Shown: positions 38,560 to 52,560 of the stretch, piece after piece | How positions within the stretch are numbered: the first letter of the stretch is position 1 | How the letters are laid out: each line of letters begins with the position of its first letter | DNA from: Camelus dromedarius | Lineage: Eukaryota | Direction: 5' to 3' | DNA length: 64,000 nt | Assembly (NCBI RefSeq): GCF_036321535.1 | Contig: NC_087438.1 | Coordinates: 2,544,001-2,608,000, forward strand | Translations under genes and position numbers: made by a program | The notes under the pieces: generated by a model | Seen by the model: only the letters and a program-made list of their open reading frames with translations | Database searches by the model: none | Told to the model about the DNA's origin: nothing

Positions 38560-39500
38560 AAATATTTTAATCGTCACTATTTCAACCCTACCATGCTGAC
38601 GCTACTAGTCCCTTTTTTGTATATTTATATTTTTTCAAATTTTATATTAAAATAATGCTACAATAAAATCATTGAATAGAAACCTTTTCTCAATTACATC
38701 CATTGAACATATTTCTGGAAATGAAATTACTACTTTCCCTTGTAAATCTATACATTTTTTACACGTATAAATTTCTGGATTCATTGCTAAATTGACGTTA
38801 AGAAATGTGCCGACTGTTACTCACCCCGACGGTCTCTAAAGAGGCAGCGTGGCCACGCTTCTCCAGTACTGAGTCTTGCAGCGCTCATGCCTAATTCATT
38901 TGACGTGTTGGCATTTTCTTTTTGTTTTGACTTATTTTATTACTAGCAATATTAAACTACTTTTATGGTTGTCGCCATTTCTCACACTCTTCTGCGAAAT
39001 GCATTTTCGTTTCATTTTCTCCATTTTATGTTGGGAGCTGTAGTGATGGTCTTACAGGTACTCAGTAGCTCTTGTGTGTTAAGGGTGCTTCTACTGTCGT
39101 GTTTGTTACAGAGACGTCTTCATAGTTCCTTCCTGTTAATTGTATTATAGCTCCGTGCAACAATAAAATCAAACGTAGTCTCCTTTTTCTGAGACATGTT
39201 ACTGTTTTTTTCCATAGAAACTGCTTCCTCATCAAGAGATCAGATGATTGCTTGACGTGATGTTCATTTAGCTTTTGTGATTTAGTTTTTACAGATTTCT
39301 CTGTAATTTAATTAAAATTTACTTGGGTTTTAATAAGAGGCAAAGATGTGTTTTATTTAAGCATTTAAAAACCCACAAGTAACTCCTATTGTTTCCTCAC
39401 TCCATTGGAAGGATCAGCCTGGCGCTTCTGCGGTTACAGCCGCCTCGGCCTTTCGTGCTGAGTTCTGGTCAGCTGATTCCAAACTGGACTTTGTAGGTGT
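38560..39500 (-). mobile_element. Ancient L1ME-type fragment, antisense
   Basis: T-rich antisense ORF2 3' region ('aaaataatgctacaataaaatcatt', 'ttttgacttattttattactagcaatattaaa'). Confidence 0.55.
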
Positions 39501-42500
39501 GTTGCTCACTGTAGGCCTCAGTGGTCATTTGAAAATCAACACGTTGGACTGTTTCCTGGGGGTTCCAGTGCATTCGCCATGCGAGTGCCTGAATTCAAAC
39601 ACAGAATTACAGCGTGGCTCCTGCGTGCGTGTCCCGCTGGCCCCGGAAGGCTGCTTCCTGTGACCCAGAGTCCTGCAGCCTGACGTGGCTTCTCAGGGAA
39701 ACATGCCTGCTCAGCACAAGCCATCTGGTCAATACGTTAATGGTGTGAATCGATGAGAAAGATTTGGGAGAGATCTTAATTAAAGAAACAACTGCTAATA
39801 CAAATTATGTTTCCGATGTATCGATGGAGTGGAGGGGAGGGTGCCGGTGGGCAGAGGTGAGAGTAATCCATGGGGAGGGGGCACTGGGCCTCCATCACAT
39901 CTGGTGTTTGTTCCCAAACAGACGAGAGGTGACGATTGAATTGATCAGGGTGAGCGCAGACGCACATCCACACCACGGCAGAGTCTCCGGTAGATTTATA
40001 ATTGGTTCCCCCATCTTTTCCCTCTTCAAGTGTTCATCAGTGACTCAGAATTCTCTTTCCCTTTGTTTCAAAACTTAGACATTCATTTAGGCAGTCTAAT
40101 CTCCTAAAATAGCCAAATAATAAAGTAAGTTTATAATATGACTTGAAAAAGCGCATTTTAGTCCTCCCATCATTATGTGATAATGGTTTTCTCAGTGAGC
40201 CAAACAAATGTGTCATTGAGAAGATTCATAAACCTTTGCTATTCGTACGAGAGCCTGTTCCAAGTTGAACCTGCACATCCAAGTGAAAACGATGTGCTCG
40301 TCGGAAAGAAAAGAAGATTTAAAAATTGACAGCGTAAACAAAGTGAAACAAAAAGTGGTGCGGAGTCGGGTGGAGAGAGAAGGGGACCAACCAGGACCAG
40401 GGGCAGGGCTGGGGGCGGTGAGGGAGGCGAAGGAAAAGAGGCAGGCGTAGCAGAAAGTCCTCTGTCCTCTGGCAGGACACCACTGCCATCTCAAGTCGAT
40501 AGCCAGAGGCCCCAAGTGGTTTCCTGGTTTAAACAGGCATCCGTCTGTGATGTCAGCAGTATTCAGCAGAGAGTTAATGGACCTTCAAAGATCAATATGC
40601 AAACCTGCCCACTGCAACTTCTGAAAACCCACTCCTCCAACAGCTTCTGCTGTCCAGAAGGAGCAGCCGATGTTAAATAACCCATTTCTAACCCCCGCAC
40701 AGAGAGGCACAGATGCTACGGTGAGAAGTATTTCTCTCCCTCTTGGTTCTTTAATGTGGGAAAGATGCTCTTCCCTCGGAGGCTGGAGAGGGATCATAAG
40801 GGCAGCTCGGTGGTCGCCGTGCCCTGCTGCTTGTCTTACTTCCGGGTCAGGGTTTTAACAAAGTCACGACCGTCCCCTCCCTGGAGACATTGTCACGTAG
40901 AGCTGTGCAGGCACGAGAGCTGGGAATGCAGGTCTGAGCTGAGATTTTCCAGCCACTGTGAGGCACCACCCTTGTTTGGACAAGGGGGTTAGGAACCCAC
41001 CCAATAGAGCATGAGTTCGGGAAAAAAAATTTTGTTTAATTTGTAGGAAAGGCACTGTGACTTAGAAGATGTTAATGACAATATAGCTCTGATTATCAGT
41101 TAAATCATATTGACCTTAAGGCAGGGACAGTAGCAGAAAGTTAGGATGGATTCATGTGACTTTATGTTGATACTAAATGCGTGCAGTCAGGTGCTCTGTC
41201 ACTGGTTACTCCAGAAGGCCACGCGGTGCTTATTGTGAAGATATTACGGGAGAGCGAACAGTCTCCGCCCAGCCACAGACTGGCACGGAGGAAATGGGGA
41301 CCTGACGCTGTATTTAAGCCATATTTTACTTCCGCTTCTTCCTTGAGGAATTAAGGGAAATGAATCTGAGACAGGAGTATAGCAACCGTTCCCATATTTT
41401 GCTGTTCGTTCAAGGATGGGCTCAAGTTCATTTCTTTGTTTGATAGAAAAACAGAAGGGCTACTGAGCCTCCGCTCCGTGGTTTTTGTGTTGCTGGTTCA
41501 CTGTGCAAATGAGAAGCTGAGAGGGAGCGCTTGCTGGTTGCTCTTTGTAAGTCCGCGTGCACACCAGGGCGCGTCTCCATGTGGACCTGAGAGCTGGAGG
41601 GTAGACTCCACCTGCTTGATATACTGGAAGGAGAAACCTTTGTTCCTAAGGAAAAGCATATACTTTAGATACACAAATGTAACATGCTTTGTATATTTAC
41701 GACTCGAATACACTCAGTGGGTCTCTTCTTTCACCGAGATTTAGGTCCAAGTTATGCAGGAAGCTCCTCAGCTCCCAACCCAGCAAGATGTACAAGCTGT
41801 TGCAACCTGTTAAATAACACAGACCCGTGAACACTCAGACTCAGCGTCTAAAGCCGCTGCCGGTGCCTCTTCCGCGTGCCTGGAATGGGACGCGTGCTTG
41901 AATACTCTCCCACCTGAGGTCTGTCGGCAGCGGGGATGGGTTGAAGATTTGAAAATGAAGGTTTGGAACTGATCCAGTCAAGCCAAGCCTCCTTCCTTCT
42001 TACTTCATTGCTTCCCATGATGGGAAATCACACGCGCTCCAAAATGACATTTGAACACATGGGTAATGAAGTTCGAATGTGAGTATATAAATTTCGATTG
42101 GTTAGGCTCATGAGTTTGACAAGCACGTTACCTCTCCGTGGAAGCTCCCTCTATGACGGTACCCAGTAAACCACGGCACTTGAGGGCAAAGCACCTGAAC
42201 GCTGGCGTCCTCTTTCTCTTTAACTCAGCCCGCAATGGCCTTAGGAGGTAACGAAGGGCCTTGACACAGCCCGGACATGCTCAGGGCAGCGCTGGTGATG
42301 CCCCCATCCTTTCCTTGGTAACCCTAGGACCTCAGATCTCCCAACCCAGAGGGAAGGAGTGGCCAAGTGCACATGGTATTCGGGGTTAAACTGTTTAATG
42401 GGAATAACCACTCTCATCACACCTAAACCTCATGCCCAGATTTCAAACTTAGAAATGGCATTTCATGCATAAACATTGTCAGCTAGAGGAGGCAGCTTTC

Positions 42501-42809
42501 AATACATTCACATGGTTTCTGTTGCTTTCAACATTCAGCTTGAAATTTAGCAGAAGAAATAAACATTCATTGATCCTTGAAAATAAGTCAGCACTGATCT
42601 TTTCAGTGCATGGGGAGGGAAGTGGGATGGTAGATACATGAGGGTGCTGGCACTCCTGGGAGGCTCAGGACCTTGAAGAAAGATGCCTGTGAGTGTTATG
42701 CTGCTGTTTTGTATTTCAAATCTGCAGCAGCTGAGGACCCAGCTTGGCTGCAGCCTGTGAATCAGTCATCTGGACCCACCCGATCTGGATGTCTCTAGAG
42801 TCCAAGGCA

Positions 42810-42950
42810 ATGAGGCTCTGGACAGAAAAACCCAAGCCCCGTCTTCATTTCCAGTTCTGCCATGAACATGGAATGTGGAGTTGGACAAATCATTTCATTT
42901 TTTAAAGTCCCAAAATCCCACTATTTAAAATGAGCATAATGGTCATAATT
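42810..42950 (+). mobile_element. MIR SINE fragment
   Basis: 'aggctctgga...ttccagttctgcca...ttggacaaatcattt...taaaatgagcataat'. Confidence 0.6.
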
Positions 42951-44299
42951 GCTATCAGCATGTTCCATAAAGAAAATGTGTTTACTCTTATATTAGTACA
43001 GAAGTCATAGCTGTAATTTACGTGTGTATATACATAAACACACACATACCATGTTATGGTCTTTATAAGAAACATATCATTTAAATGCAAATTGCTATTA
43101 CTGTTTTGTAAATAATTCAAGAATGAATAATGGCTGTCATAGGAAAAATATATATCTTTCTCTCCTGCATTTCATAACTTGCGATAATTAAGGTGTGTAT
43201 GTAATTTGTGTTTACGCTGGATGATTCTTTTTCTTATGATTTCTGTTATTAAATACAAACTGCAATTTGGCATGGGTTAATTGGATGATAATTTATTTCA
43301 GACGCTTGAATCCTGGAAGTGCCGTCACGGAGACCAGCTGCAGGTTCTAGACGGAACAGCAAACAAGCAATGAGGCCGCACAGATACACGGGAGAGCTGT
43401 GATGACCTGTGGTGTGAAATTCATCTACCGTGTCGGGCTGGAAAGAGTGACAGGTAGGTTTTTCAAAACTCAGCTCTTCGTGGGTATCCCACCTGGGTGA
43501 TTTCCCCATGGTTTGAGTTGAGTGCGAGGGTGGCCAGGTTAGGGAGTCTGAGATCTGTCTCCATCACTGCAGGGCAGAAGCACATATCAGGATCAGAGCT
43601 GACCGATCAGTTGATCACTGATCAATAAACAAATGCATATGAGGGAAACCCACCATCAGATTCGTTTAAATAAAACCATATAACTAGCTTGGCGTCTCAC
43701 CAATGGCAGAAACAGGTGCCTGGAGTCCATGCTGAAGAGGCTGCATTGACAGCTTCCCTCTCAGGAGGACCCGGAGGAGGACCCGGCTGAAACCCACGCA
43801 GGCCAGGGACGGAGCTGGTCCCCCCTAACCAAACCCTTTTCCCTCCGTGACAGCTTGGTGGACTTGCTCTGCTCTGAATTCATAGAAGAGGGCCCAGGAC
43901 AGCATGGTTTCTGTGCAATGATACGTATTTTGTACCCTCATTCTTCTTCCCATAAGAAGACGCCTCTGGGCAGAGCGCTCAGAGGCAGGGGCAGGCCCAT
44001 TCTTAGGAGAAAGCGAGCATCTCCGGAAGGTCAACACGTGACTCACCCACACTCACACGCACCTCAGAGATGTGGATATGCCTCAAGACACACAGAGCGC
44101 GCCCGAGAGCCATCACCCTTGTGCACCCAGAGGCTGCAGGGTCGCCAGGTGCCGCCGGTGGTCAGGGTGGGAAACTAATGAGCAGTGAAGACCGGGACAC
44201 AGCCTCCGCCAGAGAGCCGGCTCGCGTCCAAGCGCGGTCATGACAGGACGACAGCAAACAGCGCTGCCCTGTGGGGGTGCGGAGATCCAGGCCTCCACT

Positions 44300-44410
44300 G
44301 TGGGGTGTGGTCCTTACGAGTCCTACAAGCAGCTCAGTTTCAGGTGAGGAAACCCAGGCTGAGGTAGGGGACGTGGTCAAGGTCACCGGGCATCTTGCAG
44401 GAGGTTGTGG
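44300..44410 (-). mobile_element. MIR SINE fragment
   Basis: 'tttcaggtgaggaaacccaggctgagg...gtggtcaaggtcac' is the antisense MIR core. Confidence 0.6.
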
Positions 44411-47149
44411 GTCACATAACCATTTCCTGAAGGGGGAGCTCAATTTCATTACCAATTCAGTGGATTCGTCACAGTTTTTAAGAAACCTGCAGAAACACTA
44501 AGAAATATTGTCTAGGGTGTTGATTCAGTTAAAATACACACTTGCAACAAATACATACACATGCACAAAATCCCCCCAATAAAACAGCAAATTGCTTTTT
44601 ACCTCATTTCAATGGATAAAAGTGAACAAGGAGATATGTGTGTCAGCCATCATCTGAAAAAGCATTTCTACCCTTTGCATCTTTTTTAAGCCCCTGAAAA
44701 GAGAGTTCAAGTGTGTCTTTAATGTTTTTATTTTATAAAGAAAATATTGAGTTGAAGCTTTTAATGAGGATGCCTTAATACCAGTGTATCACCTACCAAC
44801 TGCCAGTGGAAGAGGCAGAATGTGAGAGAGATTTCCAGAGAAAACTTCCCCCAGCCCCCTGCCGAGGGGTCCACACACGACAAAGCAAGTGGCCTGGAAG
44901 AGGGGACGGTGGCACAGGCTCTGGACACAGAGGAGGTGGTGTGAGGATGGAGTGGTTTCCCAGGAAGCGAGGCCCCGGTGCCAGCTCCCAGTGCTCTGCA
45001 GCCTGGGACCCCAAAGCCACACGAGCTTTCACCCAAGGGCACCCCTGCCTGGAGGTGTCCCCAGAGCACAGGCGGATGCAGCCAGACACACACGGGGGCT
45101 GGAGTCTCCTGTTGAAAGCTGCTGCCCTACGAGGACGCTGCTGCTCTGTGCACCCTCCGTGAGGTTTCCGTGGCTTCTGCTGGAGCGGGGCGATGTGCCC
45201 CAGGTCCCAGCGGGGAGCACAGGATTCAACTGTTTGGTCCCTGCTGTTTGACCCTGTGGACGCCCTAGGCTTCCTCAGCTCTGAGCCCCGACTTGGAAGC
45301 AGATGTCCAAGGGTCCCTTCTACGCATGTCACGGTGTCAGCCAAGCCAGCAACGTAGGATGCGTGGCTTCTACTCGGAGACAGTCAGTTTCTACCCAGGA
45401 CACCCCCAGGCGATGGGGAGTGCCCAGGTGACGCTGCGGGTGGTGTCCCCACGCTTCAGGAGGGACGGCACGTTTCATGGCGGAGCTCCTGACCACGTGA
45501 CAGCCGGCGGCTGCTTCTGCGAGGTGCAGGTGTCAAATATTCCATCCACTCCTTCCTCTCCTTTCTCATCCTGTTCTGTCCCATCTCATCCCATCCAATC
45601 CCATTCTACTTCAGTACTTGTTTTAATTCTATCTCTTTCTCACCTTTTGGTCTTTTAAACCACTAGTAAAACCCCAACCGTGGGCGGCAGAGATGAGGGC
45701 ATTTTAGTGGCTCAGCTCTGGGTGGGCCGTGGGTGGAGCCCTGAGTGTGCAGGGCTGGGGAAGACCAGCAGGTGCTGGGGGACCCTTCACTGTCCTCTCC
45801 TCTCCACGCGGATGGGATGCCCAGGCCCACAGGTGGGGGTGCTCTCTGCAGCGGTGGCCTGTACTGGGGGAGCATCTAATGGTCACACACTGAGCACTTC
45901 TGAGCACACAGCACCTTCAGGTCCGTGATGTCCTGTAACCACTGTTCTGATGCCTTTTCCTGCAGGTGTGTTTTCTGTATCAAGTGTTGGGGTGGGGTGG
46001 GGTTCCTAATAAAAATGACGACCTCAATAAAGAACAAATCACCCTTTTTTACCTGCACATGTGATTGTGTCCCCTGGTGAGACAATTCCTTCTGTGACAC
46101 CTGTCTGACCAGTGGACTAGCTTTGGGCACAGTCTGACATGAGTGAAGGGAAGGGGGAAAACCGTTCACGTTAGCGTGGCAAGGGCGGCGCATTCAGGTC
46201 ATTTCTTGTGAACTTTCTCGTTCTGCTTGTGGATTTTCCAAGTGAATTTCAGGAGCGAGACAGTGGTGCACGTCTTACTTCAACGTTCAGACTGAGAAGT
46301 GGCAAACGCTTGTTCATCTGGAGTGAAACTCCATCCTTCAGCATTTAAAGTGCGTGCTGGGATGAAGCCTGGACGGCAAAGGGACGGCGAAATGGGACAA
46401 GTCACAAAACGGCGGCGTCTGTCTTGCATGGGCGTCCTCTGAAATAAAGTGGTCGGTGGTTTTCCAGCAGCGTTTCGAATGTGTGCCTTCTGCATCCCAG
46501 GACTGTCGTCTCCTTGGAGCCGGGGCTCGGCGTGTGGCCCGTCCTGTGAGAATAGCACCTCTGTGTTAGACAAGGGGCTGAGCGCGTCAGGGGGCATGAA
46601 GAGCGGGGCCCCACCATGTCGCTCCAGAGAGAGCGGGGCGTGCAGGGACCTGGGCCGGCACCTCACAGCTACTTCCCGTGCGATGTTTTCATTAGTAGCC
46701 ATTCCACGTCTCTCCCAGTCAAAGCCCTATCGTGTTTTTCTGGTGGTTGTAAACAGATGGGTGAAAGAGGAAGATGTTTAAAATGACCAGAAGACCTCCT
46801 CTCACTCGCAAAATCTTACGACGATACGGCTGCAAACCACTTCGTACCTTTGAATTCGCTCTCTAGGGAGAGAAAGAAAAAAAAAAAAAGAACTCCAACT
46901 CCAACTATGTCTTGCATCTTCTTACAGGAACTAATAACGTTTTGGCCAGCTCAGATATTAACTTCAGACTTGCTTCATTCCCAAAGCGGCTGGAAACTTC
47001 CTCAGGAAATAGCTCCCATGGACGCTTCAATTTACAATAAGATACGGAAACTCCTCGATATTACAAACAGAAAAAGCCCTTTGGTTCTTCCTGGGCATGA
47101 GAGGAGGGCCTGTTCAGGGGCAAAGCCAGCAGGACAGGGAATGGAGCTG

Positions 47150-47960
47150 TCCTGGCTCGGCCCGGGCCGCTCAGCCTGCCTGGACAACCCTCTGCTAGAA
47201 ACTAGGGAATTCAACCAGCCGCACGTGAGAACCAGGTCACCGCAGGCCGCCCCGTCCCGTGGTGGCGCCGGCAGGAGGGGAGCCCCAGCAGCGTGGTGCC
47301 CGGGGCCCCTGTGGACGCTGCCCTTACCCAGGGGCCATCGCCTCCGCACACGCCTGGCTGTGGCCGCAGCTGCTGGCTGGGGCCGAGCTCCGAGCTCCCT
47401 GGGACCCTGCGCCCGGGCAGGTGGGCCTCTTGAGTTTCAGCTCAGCCTTTGACTTCCCTCATGGTGTCACTCCTCAGAGTCACGTCTGGAGGGAGGTGGC
47501 CGGGCTGCTGGGAGCTGTGCTCGGACGGGTGACAGGCTCGCCCCACACTGATCACCCATTCACCGTGTGGGCGGGGACTGACCCTGGAGGCGTCCGCAGG
47601 TCAGGACGTGAGCAAGGGCCAAGGCCTCGAGGGGGAAAACCCGGCCAGGGACGCCGGCACACCTTTGGCACCCTTAGTGTGTGCGGGGGCCACGCACAGC
47701 ACACGTGGGGCCACGCTCCTGTCCAGAGCAAGCAGCCTCTGCTGCGTTCTTGGATAACCTCCACGAGAGGAAACGCTCCGGCGGGACGCCCACCAAGCTG
47801 CCGCCCTGGAAAAGGCCGATGGTGACCCCGGGATCCCACAGCGTCCACGGCTTTGAAAGTGACGCGTCGGCAAAGCGAGAACGTCCCTCCAGGAAGCGGG
47901 CGCCGCCGCCTCCCGCACAGTCAGCACCCACCCCCCCCAAATCAGCTGCAGCCAAGTGCC
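47150..47960. promoter_or_regulatory. CpG-rich region (weak CpG island)
   Basis: Elevated GC and many CpGs; overlapping ORFs are low-complexity Arg/Gly/Pro. Confidence 0.5.
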
Positions 47961-50179
47961 TGGGAGAGGCCTGATAAAACCTCAGGCACAGAAGTCGGGA
48001 TGAGGCCTGGGTACAATTTTTTTTTCAGACAACCAGATCATTCAAAATTATGGCAATCGACACTGAGGAGGGAGAAAAATGGTGATACGCTTAGCAGAAA
48101 GCACATAATGCCTCGCGTCTCGATAACGAATATCTCCACGACTGTTTCTGTTTAAAGCTAATAAAAGTAAACATGAGACATCTCCGTCCTTTCCTATCAA
48201 ATTTATTACTTTGAGCGACAAAATGACAAAATGATTAGCAGTTAATAAGGCCTTGGCTTAAAAGATTGACTGACACTGCATTACTCATTTAATTTCCGCT
48301 TCTCTGAGCGTTTTTTTCCTCTTCCTTCCAGCACAGGGGAATTAATATTATCACATCAAAGGCTTTCCTTTAAATGGGGAGAAAAATCATTTAAAAGGAC
48401 ACAGGCTGTGATTATTCAAACTGGGTTATTTGCACCTTGTGTATATAACAGTATCATGGTACAACTTCATTTCACTCAAATTGCTGTCAGTCACTAATAG
48501 AAGGAATTTGCTCCCGTTTTATCAGCCCCATTGCGTGGCGGCAGGCGGGGGAGGGGTGTCGAATGCGAAATCTGATAAGAAGCCTGTGAACGTGGAGCCT
48601 GGCCTGGACCACGTGACGGAAGACTGACTTCCAGACTAGCGCGCGGGATGTAAATTCTTCCGCTGCCGTCTCTCTCTCTTTTTATTTTTTTATTTTTTGC
48701 TTCTTCCTACTCTTTGTGTCTCCTCCATTCCCCAGTTTCTCTTGAGAACGGCGCCCCCAGAGGGATCAGTACCAGCCCCCTGGGATGCAGGATGCAGTGA
48801 CACGACGCAGCTTAAGGATGTGACTTCCTCTCCTTCTGAGCCTCGGCAGACAGGTTCTACCAGGGCTGATTTAACACTGAAGGAAGGACGTCATCCTCCC
48901 ACAGAGGTGCCGTGAAGTTACGAGTGAGCGACCCAGTGCTTGGCCCAGGTACCAGCCGAAGATCTACGAGCATTTAGGCCTTGACAGATGGAGACTCTGC
49001 CCCCTAACTGCAACTTTGTGAGAGCGTGTGTACCAGACAGTTCTCTTGTCAAATGTTTATTCTTCCTTCTCACAAAATGAAGAGGGTGTGTGCTGACCAG
49101 GGAGCGGGGTGGGGGCAGGGTGCAGAGAAACACTGACTCCCGCATGAAAGATGAAGCCTCCGTGCCACATGTCAGGAGGCAGAGCTTGGTTACCAAGGCT
49201 CCAGGTGGACTAAACCCCGGGCACCCTGGCAATCAAGCAAGATCGGAGCAGAGCGCCCCGTGCCAAAAGGATGGAAGACAAGCCTTGTTAATTCAAGAAA
49301 CCGCAGAGGGGAATTGGCCTAGGCCCTGGTGAAAATCAGGGCTGCGCATTGTGCCAACGAGATAAATTTCCCCTCCCCGGCTCCGACACACGGGCCACTG
49401 ACAAGACACCGCTGTGCCGGCTTCATTAAAATGTCTAACTCATAGGAAATTTTAAAAATTTATAACGCTTCCTACGGATGCTGGGGTCAAGTTCAACGGG
49501 CAGGAAAAAAACTGGTCAAATAGCTCAGGGAATTATTCACGGATTACAATTTCAACAAGTTAGCATTTTTAACAAAAATTAAGACCACCATAATTATCTT
49601 TGGGATTATAACAGTAAATCACAGAAATAGACCAAAATTATTTCCTTCCTGGTACCGACCTCCATGCCGGAGAGGCAGTGTGCTGAGGGGATGACTCGTG
49701 CTGGCCGCCCGCTTTTAACTGGATGTTATTCAAATGATGCCTGAAAATTCAGCGGGACGTCTGCCAAGACCACGACGGCAGAGGGTGCCTCCTGAGCAGC
49801 ACTAGAGTCTCCCGTGAGGAGATGGAGCTGTGGTTCGTGTTCCACGGGACTTTCCTCCTTTCTTCTGGTTACTAATACTGCCTGGAAAAAAAGTGCCTTC
49901 CCACGGGGACTTGTATTTTCCTTGATGGATTCACCTTCTTTAGGCCTGTGACCACTTCCCTGGGATGTGTACATGCCAAGTGGTGCTTGTTTAAGTAGCA
50001 CAATATTTGTTTAACGTACACCTGGCACAGCCATGCCCTGCTTCCAGGTCCCCCAACCACCTTCCTTGTTGAACCAAGTGCCTAACGGGACCGCAATCGT
50101 CAGGCTGGTCTGAGGCAGACCCCAGGGGTCACGGAAGACGGAGCCCGGTCTCAGCGCACAACGACTCTGTTCCTGAAGC

Positions 50180-51240
50180 CTCTCCGAGGGTTGTTATCCA
50201 AAACATACGAGACACTTACAACTTGATGAGAAACAAAAAGGAGCCCAGCTGAAAAATAGACAAGAGACTGGAACAGACCTTTCTCTGAAGAAGACAGCAA
50301 ACGGCTGCCGGCACGCGGAGCAGGGCTCACCGCCACGGTCCCCTGGGAAATGCAAATCGAAGCCACAATGAGAGACCACCTTCCACCTGTTAGAGTGCTT
50401 GTTATTAAGGAAAAAAAGCGAACAAGAGTTGGTGAGAGTGTGGAGAAAAGGAAGTCTTTGTAGACAGTTGGTGGGGATGTAAGATGGTGCGTATGTTGGA
50501 AACTAGTATAGATGTTCCTTGAAAAATTGACAACAGAGCTACCCTATGAGCCAACGTACTTACCCAAAACAATTGAAATCAGGCTCTCAAAGAGACTCAT
50601 GCAGTCCTATGTCCGTTGCAGAATTACCCCTAATAATGCAGTGATATGGAAATGACACAAACACTCACCGGTGGCTGGCTACGTGAAACGTGGTGTCTGT
50701 ATACCGCGGAGCCTTACTCAGCCTTAAGCAGGAAGGAAGTCCTAACATGGGCAACAACACGGGCAGTCCTGGAGGGCACGCTGCTGAGCGCAGTAAGCCA
50801 GTCTCAGAAGGACACTTACTGCACCATTCCACTTCTGTGACAAATCTGACAGTCAGACTCGCAGAAGCTGAGAGCGGAGTCCCGTCTGCGAGGGGCAGGG
50901 GGAGGGAGCACGGGCAGCTGGGGTTCAGCGGGTACAGAGCTTCCATTACCAAAGACGAACACATTACAGGCATCTGGCCAGTGGTTAATGACACTGTGTT
51001 ACATACTTACGTTTGTGAAGAGCGTGGATCTCCTGTTACGTCTGCTTGCCACCAAAACAGAACAAAACAAAATAACAAAGGAGACACACAAAAACGTTTG
51101 GAGGTGATGCGTACATTTATTACCTTGATTGTGGTGATGGCTTCAGGGCTGTCTTCAATTGTCCAAACTCATCAAGTTGTGTACTTGAAATGCGTGCCGT
51201 GCTTTATACATCTCTTAGATGCCAAGAAAGCTGCTGAATA
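50180..51240 (+). mobile_element. L1MA/MB-type ORF2 end and 3' UTR
   Basis: 'gggaaatgcaaatcgaagccacaatgagagaccacc', 'tttggaggtgatgcgtacatttattaccttgattgtggtgatgg', 'gtccaaactcatcaagttgt'. Confidence 0.85.
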
Positions 51241-52354
51241 GAACAAATTCCTTCAATTCACTTGTGGCCCACGTGCCTTTAGTGATACTTGAAGTTACCA
51301 CTATTTCTGTTTCAAAGGTAATCATTTCTGGAGAGGCAGTAATCCATAATTTCAATCATAATAATTTAAATAAAATTCAATTTAATCCTCATCAAAAATG
51401 TGGTATCCAGAGTTCTAAAATACACATATATCCTTTACAAATATACTGAAATTCTTGACCAACTATCAACTTAGCTTTTATTAAGATTTAGGACACAAGT
51501 ATATGACATCTGTTTATTGTGATATAAATCATGTGTTCTCCAAAGATGTCAAGAACGTGTTGTAATATTTAATCAGTACTTAAAATGAAGTGAGGACTGT
51601 AGTCTGGTCCAAATGGTGCCAAGGAAATCACATTCCCCAGAGAAGAGAAGGTGCCGTTACAATCAGCCGCTTGCCGCCCATCCACGTTCAGTGTCCACGT
51701 ACCGTGTCTGTAAGGCTCAGGACAGTGAAATAACCAAGGCGCGTGGAAAAGAAGGAATGAAAGGAAATCATAGCGTTCACATTTTGAATAAAGCAGAGTG
51801 AAGCTTCCCCAAGTGATAAAGTCTTAAAGGCACGAGGCGGCAGTGCCCGGGGTCACCTGGCCCTGCGCTTTGCTCTTGGCTGGGGCAGTGGTGGGCCGAG
51901 GCTGCTCCTTACTCAGGGCTGAGGGCGGCGGTCGACGAGACAGTGAGGAAGTGAGCCGTCACCGGGCATCACTCCCAGAAGCAGAGAAGGGTCCTTCGGC
52001 TGCGAACACTGCACTCCCTGAAGCAGACAGCCTCCTGGCCAACCTCGAAAGAGCAGGATTTCAGAAATAGAGCTTTACATCCAGATGTAATAAAGTTTAA
52101 AATGGTTTAAAATGCATGCATTTTTTGCTTGTTTTCTTACAATAGAGAGAAAATTCTTAATTATCCTGGGTAGTTACTGTAAGGAATAGTTGTCCAAAAA
52201 TGACAGTGTAACTTCAGGACAGCTTGGACGCCTAGGAGCCGTCACGGAGCAGCCCAGAACGTTCCCTGAGCAGGATGGTGGGCACTGGTGCTATTCCTGT
52301 GGCCTTGGCCATTTTCCCCTGAACAGAAGTCACCTCCAAAGGACTAAATTCAGC

Positions 52355-52560
52355 AGTAATGATGACACTCCCCATTTGTGCACCTTTCACAGTTTATTAA
52401 ATATCTTAAGATGCATTTTCTCAACCAACACTGCTGTCCTTCCATGAAGTCAGACTTGACGACATGGAGCCTTTTTAAGGATACACGGGAGAAGCTTTCT
52501 CCAGAAAGACCCAGGGTGAGCGTGCGAGGCTGGAGGTGGCTGTGGCCGTCGTAACCTGCC
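52355..52560 (-). mobile_element. MIR SINE fragment (degenerate)
   Basis: 'ccatttgtgcacctttcacagtttattaaatatctt...cattttctca' resembles an antisense MIR tail. Confidence 0.4.

Noticed and set aside
43763..43786. Perfect 12-bp tandem duplication AGGAGGACCCGG x2
   Set aside because: Ordinary slippage duplication with no further structure
46850..47974. Cluster of 93-200 aa ORFs
   Set aside because: Same GC-content artefact; no homology recognised and no convincing exon structure
7613..48261. Identical 13-mer GGCCTTGGCTTAA at 7613-7625 and 48249-48261
   Set aside because: Dozens of 13-mer matches are expected by chance within 64 kb and the match does not extend
50665..51241. 183-aa and 109-aa ORFs
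   Set aside because: They lie in an old L1 ORF2 end and 3' UTR; incidental open frames
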